Assembly: GCF_006345805.1 (NCBI RefSeq)
Contig: NC_043020.1
Coordinates: 5,022,001 to 5,086,000 of the forward strand
Direction of reading: 5' to 3'
Source: Octopus sinensis
Lineage: Eukaryota
Length of the DNA stretch: 64,000 bases
Position numbers and translations under genes: made by a program. Shown piece after piece: positions 38,168 to 49,930 of this stretch; the stretch's first letter is position 1, and each line of letters begins with the position of its first letter. The notes under the pieces are model-generated. The model was not told the DNA's origin, did no database searches, and saw only the letters and a program-made list of their open reading frames with translations.

Positions 38168-38761
38168 CGTAAATTTTTTCTGCTGTAGGCACAAGGCCTG
38201 AAATTTGCCGGGAGCGGGGTTAATCGATTACATGAACTCCAGAGTACAACTGGGACTGATTTTATCGAATCCGAAGGGCAAAATGCAAAGTCGACCTCGC
38301 CTGGATTTGAGATCAGGATATAAAGGCCATATCTTCTTGTGCTATTGTGATTCTATCAGCTCACCTTATATATATATATGTGTGTGTGTGTGTGTAATTT
38401 GTACGTAAACAACGACCTCTAAGTACAATGGACCACATTGAAACATCAGGTTTCATTCACCAGTTTGACAAATGGATCATTGTTACATAAGTGGCTACAA
38501 GCCTTAATTGCAGTTAATTACTGTTTTATAATAGACTTCTATCTATAGACATAAAACAACACACCTTAGAATTTTTACAAACCTTCGGGGATTCCCAGTC
38601 ATGTGCGGAATAATTTTTAAGCCGCTGAAGGTGTCTGAGATTATAAAGACTTGTTAAACATACTTTGGACTTGTTGGGTGACATTCAGGGGGAATCCAGC
38701 ATGTTTTTATGTGGTCCTCTCAGTACAGGAAGTCGTTGCTTACTTACAGATTCAACAAGCT

Positions 38762-39182
38762 GGATCTTTTCGGTTTGACCGGCAGTTTTTTAAAATAATT
38801 TCCACGTAACTAAACACTTTTAAACTTCGTATACTGGTAGAATGTGTTTATAAAACATCTTTTTTCTCTTGGCTTTATTGAAAAAATTCTATAGTTTGTA
38901 AGATATTTGTTGTTTTTTATTTCTTCAATTTCTGCAATTTCAACTAATCAATGACGTGTATTGAGGTAAAAAACATTCTGTGCCGTATGAATATGTCCCT
39001 CGTTTAAGGAACAGATTGGGTTTATTTACATTAGGGAAGAAAAAAAGATACCCTTCCCCCCACCCCTAACCTTAACCCTAAAACAGATTGAAATGCAATA
39101 GATCGATACTAGGGTCATAATTATGGGTGACAATTTCATATGACACCGCTAGAAAAAACTGCCGTTCAAACCGAAAAGATCC
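38762..39182. mobile_element. Second copy of Merlin-like MITE (opposite orientation); truncated third copy 39504-39695
   Basis: ~30-bp TIR GGATCTTTTCGGTTTGA.CGGCAGTTTTTT; TSD AACAAGCT on both sides; inserted in an old RTE-like remnant (RKLLYGKLVES...). Confidence 0.88.
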
Positions 39183-40401
39183 AACAAGCTTACCATACAA
39201 TAACTTCCTCGTGTACATGTTTCAGTCATTGAAGAGTTTAGAGTGTGTGCCACCCGGAGCGGCCCTTCCATTTTTCCGCCCCCGGACCCCACAAAAACCA
39301 TATTGCTCACAGCGGAAGCAAAAGTACCGTTCGGAGCGGACGTCCCCACCTTCCCACTCCAGCTACGCTAGTGCATACAGGGCCCGCAAGAGAAATTGTG
39401 CAAGGCGTCCAAGACCACTTTCGGGACCCCGAGCTGTAGGTAGATACTCTTGGTGTTATTATATGTCTATACAATTAGGCCTACAACAATTAATAATAAA
39501 TACGGATCTTTTCGGTTTGAACGGTAGTTTTTTAAAATAATTTCCACGTAACTAAACACTTTTAAACTTCGTATACTGGTAGAAGGTGTTTATAAAACAT
39601 CTTTTTCTCTTGGCTTTATTGAGAAAATTCTATAATTTCTGCAATTTCAATCAATCAGTGACATCTATTGAGGTGAAAACATTCTGTGCTGTATGAATAT
39701 ATCTATTTATATATATATATCATCAGTGTTTAACATTTGCTTCCCATGCTGGCATGGGTTGGATGGTTTGACTGAGGGCTGGTGAACCAGGAGGCTGCAC
39801 CAGGCTCCAATCTGATCTGGTAATATTTCTACAGCTGGATGCCCTTTCTAATGCCAACCACTCAGAGAGTGTAGTGGGTGCTTTTTATGTGCCACCGACA
39901 TGAGGGCCAGTCAGGCAGTACTGGCATCGGTCACACTTGAATGGTGCTTTTTACGTGCCACCGGCACGGGAGCCAGTCAAGCAGCACTGGCATCAACCAT
40001 GCTCAAATGGTGCTTTTTATGTGCCACTGGCACAGGTGCCAATCAGGTGGTACTGTCATCGGCCATCTTTCACTTTTTTCAGTCATTTGACTGCTGGCAT
40101 TCTGGGGCCCTGCTTTGAAGGGTTTTAGTCGAATAAATCGACTCTAGGACTTATTATTTTCTAGTACTTATTCTATCCGTCTCTTTTGCTTAACCACTAA
40201 GTTGTCAAGAAGTGGTAGGGGACAAACTCTGACACACATACATACATACATATATATATGACAGGCTTCTTTCAGTTTCCATCTACCAAATTCACTCACA
40301 TTACTTTGGTCTTCTGGACCATTGTAGATGTCCAATCTGCTGGGCAGTGGGACTGCAGTTGCAAACAGAACTTCATAACCACACTGCCATGCCTGTATCT
40401 A

Positions 40402-40434
<33 letters not shown>

Positions 40435-40459
40435 GTGCGTATATATATATATATATATA

Positions 40460-40846
40460 CTAGCACTATGACCTGGCAACGCTGGGTTATAGTGCTAGTG
40501 CATGCATATACAGCTGCGTGCGTTCGTGTGCACATACATGCAAGTACTGTCCAAATCTGCGACCAATCACATACAGCTAGCTGGCATTCAATTGGCGTAT
40601 CAAATTTCGGGCATTTTGATAGGGTTTTGGATAGAAAATTCACAAAAAAGTCACTTCTATTGATTTTTTTAATGGCTTTGCGGGGTGACTGGGGAAATGT
40701 AAAGATGTGCACGACCACCTTTGGACGGTTTTGAATGACCACAGAAAGTGCGAGCCCTCTAACTGAAAAATTGTGGATTTGTATAAAGGATACACACACA
40801 CACACAAACATTTTGCCGTTTATATATATATATATATATATATATC
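40460..40846 (-). mobile_element. Non-autonomous Helitron-like element; truncated second copy 48745-48961
   Basis: 5' (TA)n AAACGGCAAAATG (TG)n; 3' GC-rich hairpin followed by CTAG|T. Confidence 0.65.
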
Positions 40847-40890
40847 TAAAAAAGGAGATGTGGAACACGAGTTGTGATATATAAAAAAAG

Positions 40891-41108
40891 GAAATGAAGA
40901 AAATGCTGACAAAATAATTTAAGTAAGGGAGAGTGTATTTAATTAGGTGAAAGTTCTTTTTACCGGTTGCGCATTTGTTATGCTTATCAAAAGATATTTT
41001 TTTAAGAGAGATAGAGTTCCTTTCTGATAGATTTTTTTCTCTTCTTTCACCTAATTAAATACACTCTCCCTTACTTAAATTATTTTGTCAGCATTTTCTT
41101 CATTTCCT
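40891..41108. repeat. Fold-back with 63-bp arms and a decayed hammerhead-like motif in the spacer
   Basis: gaaatgaagaaaatgctgacaaaataatttaagtaagggagagtgtatttaattaggtgaaag is mirrored exactly at 41045-41107. Confidence 0.85.
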
Positions 41109-41109
41109 T

Positions 41110-41153
<44 letters not shown>

Positions 41154-42132
41154 CATACATAAATACACGATAAGAAAATGGAGAACAAAATAATGAAAAG
41201 TGAATCCTTGGTGTCATGAAGCCATTATTTAATTAATTCTTAATTAATTAATGGCTTTATAGTACCAAAGATCCACTTCTCATTGTTACTTATTTCTCCA
41301 TTTTCTTATCGTCTTTATATACATTAAACTATGGTTTACTTTTTAAATTACCCACCACCGTATCCCTTATAACAAGGACCATCCATACTGAAGTAATTAC
41401 CAGGAGTGCCTCTGGATCCATCTGTCCCTTAGAGGGTTTAAACACCTCTAACTTACATTGGTACCTCGGTTTTCGAACAACTTCAATCATGAATAAATCG
41501 TGCTTTATCTCTTGTCTTACATTCATTTAATACAGTAGTTCCTCAGTTTACTAATGCCTCTGAACATGAATAAATTCTGCTTTAAATATGTGTGTGTGTG
41601 TGGTTGGTTGGTTGCTTTAATGACCTCAGTATGTATAAATGCTGTCTGTGTCATTTTATATTGCTTGAAACTGTTGGTAGCTCATAAAAATCTATTCATC
41701 TCTCACCAGATGGAGTACTTCTTTTTGTTCATCTTACCTTCACAGAACGGTACTATATATATATATATATATTATATATATATATATCATCATAATCATC
41801 ATCATCGTTTAACATCCGTTTTCCATGCTAGCATGGATTGGATGGTTCAACCAGGGTCTGGGAAGCCAGGAGGCTGCACCAGGCTCCAGTCTGATCTGGC
41901 AGTGTTTCTACAGCTTGATGCCCTTCCTAACGCCAGTCACTCCGTAAGTGTAGTGGGTGCTTTTTATGTACCACCGGCACGGAGGCCAGTTCAGGAGCCC
42001 TGGCATCTGCCACATTCAGATGGTACTTTTTACATGCCACTGGCACAGGTATCCAACTACAATTTCCATTTGATGTTGATGTACTTGACTCAATAGGTCT
42101 CCTCAAGCACAGCAGGTCGCCCTACGATCCAA

Positions 42133-42170
<38 letters not shown>

Positions 42171-43714
42171 CACACAAAAACAATTGCAGCGTGGAAGATG
42201 TTTATAAGGCCATTTTAAAACACGCAAAAAACCATTAGATTGACTTCGACATTTAAATTTAATTTGCCAAAATATTCTCATCGCTTTGAGACCGTAACCT
42301 GTTCACTGACAAAATTCTATGCAGCACAGAATCTAATGTTTTTTCGTGTGTTTTTTAAATGGCTTATAAACATCCTACATGCTGCAATTGTTTTTGTTTC
42401 AGTACACAATCTCAGATCAGGTCACTTGCTATGCAAGCACATCTCCGTACTTTGATTGCTGGCATGTGTTGAACAGTTTGACTGAAAACTGGTAAGCCCG
42501 GTGGGGGCAGGGGGACTACCACATTGGAATCTGATTTGGCTGGTTGCCATTCCTAATGCCAGTTATTTCAAGAGTGTGTAGGTGTCTTTTATGTGCCACT
42601 GGCACAGGTGCCTTTGACCTGACATTGGCATTGGCCACGACTACAGTCTCACTTGGCTTGTCAAATATATACCATCCGTGCAACATTTATATTCCTCCCC
42701 ATGCCTGTCATCTCCTATGTCCCTGCCGTAAGGCTTCTCTTCCACTCACGCTAGCTTAATGTAATTCATCCTTAGTCGAAAGACACCTGTTGTTAATGTC
42801 CTTTATTTGCATTTGTGTACCATTTCTCCATTTTTTTCCATCCTTGTTTTCATATACTCTCGCTGTTTTCTTCCAAGGAATCTAGTGCTCTTAGCTTAGT
42901 TTTTCCTTGGGGCTGGCCAGATTGAAGCAATCTCGAGTATAACTAGCCGAAATTGCAAAGATAATCTGGAACTCAACTGAAGAAAGAAAACTTTGAATGA
43001 CCTGTCCTTCTTTTTTTGTATCGTCTGTCTGGATTTTTTGTTGTCCCTTTTTTGTATCATCTAACTGTCTGGATGTTTTGCGTTCTTGCCCCAGTTTTGG
43101 TATTCCTTTATATATATATATATATATATATTTATGATGACAATGATGATATATAAGATAGATAAATAGAAGTCTGATGCAGAAAGCCTTTGGCCCTTCT
43201 GTCACTTTTGTAAATTTCTGTTGATTTTTTATATATATATATACACACACAAACTCTCTCACATATGTATATTGAGTCCTGTTTATCTTCTTTGACCCAC
43301 AAAACGTATATACATGCACGTAACATAAAGTATTATCATTCTGATTTTGTTTATCTTTTTCATTCGCTTTAGTTTCTGTTTTTTTTCCTTTTCTTTTGAG
43401 TCTTATTTATTAAATTTTTTTCCCTCTTATTATTTTCTCTGCACTTTGCCCTTAAAGAAGAGATGAGACATCGTAAAGTCTGCTGCCGTATAGTGTCAAG
43501 TTTGTATCTGATTTTGTTGATTTCTGATCAAAGGCCTATTTTTTCCTGTCGTGTATCAACTGCTTTCATTGTGCAGTGTCTGTCCTCCCCCGCCCAAACA
43601 CACACTTTAAGACAGCCGGATATAATCTGATGAAGATTTAACTGCTATTTCTAGCTGATCGGGCGACCATATAGAGACTCTTAATTCATATAGAATCCCC
43701 AACATCTTTGGCCT

Positions 43715-44409
43715 TGTAGTAAAGATTATTTGCCAACATAACATGGCAGTCCTGGTTTAGGACGAATGTTGCTGTAATTTAGCCCCGGGAGACATCGTCT
43801 CCAGCTGGCTATACAATATGATCTGTGTCCTTATATCTTCGAACAAGGGGATCTAGCACCTCCACTCAGCGCAAAACAATATCTGTGTATTGCAATTTCC
43901 TGGTCATTTCTCTTCATCAGCACAGATATAGTGGTGGTGGTGACCCCCTTCGGTCAGACACTGACCATGGGTTTGCACCTAGAGAATTACCCTCTGAGCC
44001 ACAAGTCTGGGCAAGGTTGTTTTATGGAAGACCAGCAGTCGCCCATGCATACCGGCCTCCCCTCTCCACGTCACCGATGTTGTCCAAGGAAAAGGCAAAG
44101 GGGCCGATACAGCTTGGCACCTGTGACACCACAACTCATTTCTACAGCTAAGTGAACTGGAGCAACGTGAAATAAAGTGTCTTGCTCAAGGACACAACAC
44201 GCAGCTCGGTCCGGGATTCGAGCTCACAACCTCACGATCGTAAGCTCAACGCTCTAATCACTGAGCCACGTGCCTTCAGCACAGATATAAGGACACAGAT
44301 CATGTCGTATTGCCAGCTGGAGACGATGTCTCCTGGGGCTAAATTACAGCAACATTCGTCCTAAACCAGGACTGCCATGTTATGTTGGCAAACAATCTTT
44401 ACTACAAAG
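43715..44409. repeat. Fold-back with ~125-bp arms containing a hammerhead-like motif and an inserted SINE
   Basis: 43715-43838 mirrors 44283-44409. Confidence 0.85.
43932..44275 (-). mobile_element. CORE-type tRNA SINE (family D) with 14-bp TSD; second copy 44970-45146
   Basis: TSD TCAGCACAGATATA; tRNA-like head; TCCTTGAGCAAGACACTTTATTTCACG core. Confidence 0.75.
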
Positions 44410-47400
44410 CACTGTTGCTGAATATCTCACATTGTGAGTTTTAAAAATAGTAATTTTCTAATCTTTGGCCTTGGTGGACAAATAATAATAATGATGATAA
44501 TCCTTTCTATTATAAGGGGATAAGGCCTGAAATTTTCTTGGAGTGAGGTTTGTTGATTATATCTATCTCAGTATTCTACTGGGACTTCTTCCATTGACTC
44601 CAAAAGGACGAAAAGCAAAGTTGACCTCAGTGGAATTTGAACTCTGAACGCAAGGACTTTCGCCTGGCATGCCAACAGTTCTGCCAGCTCGCCCACCTTA
44701 ATGATAATGACGATAATTACCGTTATGCTTAGTGGTTATTTCGTCCTTTGTGTTCTGAGTTCAAATTCTGCCCTGTCGACTTTGCCTTTCAGCCTTTCAG
44801 GGTCGATAAAATAAGTACCAGTTGAATACTGAGGTCAATGTAATCAACTTAACTCCCCCTCGAAATTGCTGGCCTTGTGCCAAACTTGAAAACTGTTATT
44901 CTTATTAGTATTATTGTTATACTTAGCTGCAGTTCATCTGTCTTTACACTCTGAGTTGAAATTCTGCCCAAGAGAAAGGCAAAGGGGCCGATACAGCTTG
45001 GCACCTGTGACACCACAACTCATTTCTACAGCTGAGTGAACTGGAGCAACGTGAAATAAAGTGTCTTGCTCAAGAACACAACACGCAGCCCGGTCCAGGA
45101 TTCGAGCTCACAACCTCACAATCGTAAGCTCGACGCTCTAACCACTGTCCTTTTTTCGGGGGTTGATAAAATAAGCACCTGTTGACTTTCTCCTTCCCCA
45201 CAATTGCTGGCTTTGTGTCAAAATTCGAAACCAATATATATATAAAGGCAGCAAGCTGGCAGAATCATTACCATTCCAGGAAAATGCTTAGCAGCTTTCC
45301 TTCCGACCTTATGTTCTGAGTTCAAATTCCACCAAGGTCGACTTTGCCTTTGATCCTTTCGGGGTCGATAAATTAAGTACTAATGAAACACTGGGGTCGA
45401 TGTAATCAACTAGTCCCCTCCCTCAGAATTTCAAGCCTTGTGCCTTTAGTAGAAAGGATATTAATATTCATTTCTGCACTAGGGCAGTGAACTGGCAGAA
45501 TTGTTATCATAGGCGCAGGAGTGGCTGTGTGGTAAGTAGCTTGCTTACCAACCACATGGTTCTGGGTTCAGTCCCACTGCGTGGCACCTTGGGCAAGTGT
45601 CTTCTGCTATAGCCCCAGGCCGACCAATGCCTTGTGAGTGGATTTGGTAGACGGAAACTGAAAGAAGCCCGTCGTATATATGTATATATATGTATGCGTG
45701 TGTGTGTTTGTGTGTCTGTGTTTGTCCCCCTAGCATTGCTTGACAACCGATGCTGGTGTGTTTACGTCCCCATTACTTAGTGGTTCGGCAAAAGAGACCG
45801 ATAGAATAAGTACTGGGCTTACAAAAGAATAAGTCCCGGGGTCGAGTTGCTCGATTAGAGGCAGTGCTCCAGCATGGTCGCAGTCAAATGACTGAAACAA
45901 GTAAAAGAGTATATTGAGAAAAGTGCTTAATAGCGTTCCTTCCAACCCAGCACTGGGGTCAATGTAATTGACCTTTTCCTTCCCCAAAATTGCTGGCCTT
46001 GTGCCAAAATATGAAACCAATATTTATAAGAGCAAAAAATGCTTAGGCGGCAATTCTTTCAATTTTAAGTTTGAAACCAACCCTCACTCTAGCGACGAGC
46101 TGGCAGAACGCTTTTGTTGGCATGTCTTCCAATCTTACGTTCAGAGTTCAAATGCTGCTGGGGTCGACTTTACCTTTCATCTTTCTGTGGTCGATAAAAT
46201 AAGTACCAGTTGAATACTGGGGGTCAATGTAATTGACTAGACCCCTCCCATGAAATTTTCTGGTCTCGTGAAAATCAAACCAAATCAAATCAGAAAGCAG
46301 AACCAAAATTGAGGCCGATCAACATCAGTGGAAGTTGCAGCTGTGGTTAAGCGAACCATCCGATCGTCGTGTCCGCTGCCAGCCTCGCTTGGCCCCCGTG
46401 CCGGTGGCACGTAAAAGCGCCATCCGTTCGTGGCCGTTTGCCAGCTCTGTCTGGCACCTGTGCCAGTGGCACGTAAAAAGCACCCACTGCACTCACGGAG
46501 TGGTTGGCGTTAGGAAGGGCATCCAGCCGTAGAAACACTGCCAGATCTGACTGGGCCTGATGCGGCCTTCCGGCTTCACAGACCCCAGTTGAACCGTCCA
46601 ACCCATGCTAGCATGGAAAGCGGACGCTAAATGATGATGATGATGATGATGATGATGTACCAAACTTTAAAACCAATATTTAAATTACAATTCCCAATCA
46701 GCTCAAATTATTAGCAGACTGGATACAATATCGTTAGTATTTAAATCCAGTTCTTTGTACTCTAAGCATATTGGCAGAATCGTTAGCATGCCGGACAAAA
46801 TGCTGCTAAGCATTTCGTCTGTCTTTACGTTCTGAGTTCAAATTCCACCGAGGTCGACTTTGCCTTTTCAATACTTTCAAGGTCGATGATAAAATAATTA
46901 CCAGCTGAGCACTGTGGGTCAATGTAATTGTCTTACCCTCTCTGCCAGACTTGCTGGCCTTGTGCCAAAATATGAAACTAATATTTTTATAATGGTTTGA
47001 GTCTAAAAAGAAATGAAAATCTGAGTAAGAAGCTATTTAAATGCATGACTGATAAATTAATCATCATCAATTCTCTGGGTTTTTTTTAAAAATAAAATAG
47101 TTTTTAACTATTAATTTCTTTTACTCTTTTATTTGTTTCAGTCATTTGACTGCAGCCATGCTGGAGCACCGCCTTTAGTCAAACAAATCGACCCTAGGAC
47201 TTATTCTTTGTAAGCTTAGTACTTATTCTATCAGTCTCTTTTGCTGAACTGCTAGATTACGGAGACCTAAACACACCAACATTGGTTGTCTAGCAACACA
47301 CTAACACAGACACACAAACATATATCGTCATCATCATCATTTAACATCCGCTTTCCATGCTAGCATGGGTTGGACGATTTGACTGAGGACTGACGAACCA

Positions 47401-49149
47401 GATGGCTGCACCAGGCTCCAATCTGATCTGGCAGAGTTTCTACAGCTGGATGCCCTTCCCAACGCCAACCACTCCGAGTGTGTAGTATATATATATATAT
47501 ATACACACACACACGACAGGCTTCTTTTAGTTTCTGTCTACCAAATTCACTCACATGGCTTTGGTCAGGCCGAAGCTATAGTAGAAGAGACTTGCCCAAG
47601 GTGCCACGCAATGGGACTGAACTCAGAACTATGTGGTTGGTAAGCAAGCTTCTTACCACACAGCCACACCTGCACCTATTAATGGTAAGGTACTACGGAT
47701 ATATTTTCTCGGTAAACTTTCCTCACGGTGAATTGATGACCTATTATCATTTAAGTGTATATACATTTATGGGGTCACCCTGTATATGTTTTTTGTCACA
47801 GGGTCTGTATTAAGGGTTTGGTTCTAAGTTACAGGTATTAGGCTCTCAGTTTTCTCATTTCGGTTCTTCCTTTTTCCAGCTAATTCCACGACTACGGTTT
47901 TTTGGAGGGGCAGTGTATCTCTTCGAAATTGGCCATATGGAGGCATAACTCTCATGTTTACTCTGCTATTCTATCCTGCGTCTCTCCTTGCAGACTTTCT
48001 TATTCTCAGTTCTTTAACCAAACCAGGCTGCTGCTTTCTGCAACAAACTGCAAGAGAAGTGCTTTACTACTCACCAGATGCCTTGAACTAGATTTGGTAG
48101 CAACACATTCTTCAGTACTAATTCCACCCTTGGTCTCCTTTCCTCTGCTGCATCTTTTATCTGTCACTTGTTTCAGTCATTGGACTGCGGCCATGCTGGG
48201 GCACCTCCTTGATGGGTTTTAGTCGAACAAAGCACTTAAGTTTTTCATTTTTTTTTTTTTTAAATTATGTCTGGTACTTATTCTATCCATCTCCTTTACA
48301 GAACTGTTATGGGGATATAAACAAACCAACATTGGTTCTAAATAGTGGGGATGGGCGACAACAGCAGACACAAAGACATAGATATATAAATGCATGCATA
48401 CATAACTACATCATCATCATCATCATTAGAGTGAGTTGGTGTTGAAAGAGTTAAATATGTATCTGTCTTGCTTGTTAAGATTATTCTGTCTAGAATTTTT
48501 ATCCAATTCGAGTTGACCCAGATATTTATAGCTGTCGTTTTCAGGACTACTAATGCTTTATTCAGACAGTGGCTGAACACCTCATTGCTGGTCATTCTCT
48601 TACCTGCTTTCAAATTAACTACCATACATTTTCAGATACCAAATGCCATTTCAATTACCTGGCAACCATAACATACTGTTGTAATAAATATATCGATTTG
48701 GTCTTCTGAATTAGCAAACAGTTTTTGGACATCCTTAGATAAAACTAGCACTATGACCTGGTAACGCCAGGTCATAGTGCTAGTGCATGCATATACAGCT
48801 GCATGCGTGCACACATACACGTGAGTACTGTCCAAATCTCCGACCAATCACATACAGCTAGCTGGCATTCAATTGGCATATCAAGTTTCGGGCATTTTGA
48901 TTGGGTTTTGGATAGAAAATTCACAAAAAAGTCACTTCTATTGATTTTTTTAATGGCTTTGCACTGTACTGTGTGTTGGTGGACAGGATACTTAACTGTG
49001 AATAGTCCAGTCTACCTAGCTGTAAGTAGAAACCACAGTGTAGTACAGTTCACTATATGTTACCAATGATCAAAACACTTAACTGTTAGCAGCCCAGTCT
49101 ACCTAACTGTAAGTAGGTACCACAGTATAGTAGAGCACAGTGTATTATG

Positions 49150-49930
49150 TCCATAGCTCTCCTTATGAGAGCTCAAAATCTATCATGGAAGCGTCATCCA
49201 ACCAAAATGCAAATATATGGGGAAACTAGCACCTGTATCATCTCTTGTGAAAGGTAGAAGAGTCCAGTTTGCTGGACATTGTTGTAGAGCTGAAAACAAG
49301 GTAATTTCTACTCTTCTCCTCTGGAAGCCATCTACTCGCAATACCAGAGAGCGCACACTCTCCTACCCTGATGTAATCTCCAGGGATACAGGCATCCAGC
49401 AACAGGACCTCCTTAATGCCATGATGGACCGTGAGGTCAGGCGTAGCATGGTAAATTCCATTGTCTCTTGTGAAGGGTAGGAGAGTCCAGTTTACTGGAC
49501 ATTGTTGTAGAGCTGAAAAAGAGGTAATTTCTACTCTTCTCCTCTGGAAGCCATCTACTTGCGATACAAGAGGGCGCACACTCTCCTACCCTGATGTAAT
49601 CTCCAGGGATACAGACATCCAGCAACAGGGCCTCTGTAATGCTATGATGGACCGTGAAGTCTGGCGTAGCATGGTAAATTCCATTGTCTCTTGTGAAGGG
49701 TAGGAGAGTCCAGTTTACTGGACATTGTTGTAGAGCTGAAAAAGAGGTAATTTCTACTCTTCTCCTCTGGAAGCCATCTACTCGCGATACCAGAGGGTGC
49801 ACACTCTCCTACCCTGATGTAATCTCCAGGGATACAGGCATCCAGCAACAGGGCCTCTGTAATGCTATGATGGACCGTGAAGTCTGGCGTAGCATGGTAA
49901 ATTCCATTGTCTCGACCATGGTCGAACAAT
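49150..49930 (+). mobile_element. RTE-type LINE 3' end with terminal 223 bp triplicated, followed by long (GAT)n
   Basis: LLMRAQNLSWKRHPT..IYGKLAPVSSLVKGRRVQFAGHCCRA; unit starts at 49241, 49464, 49687; (GAT)n to 50105. Confidence 0.88.
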
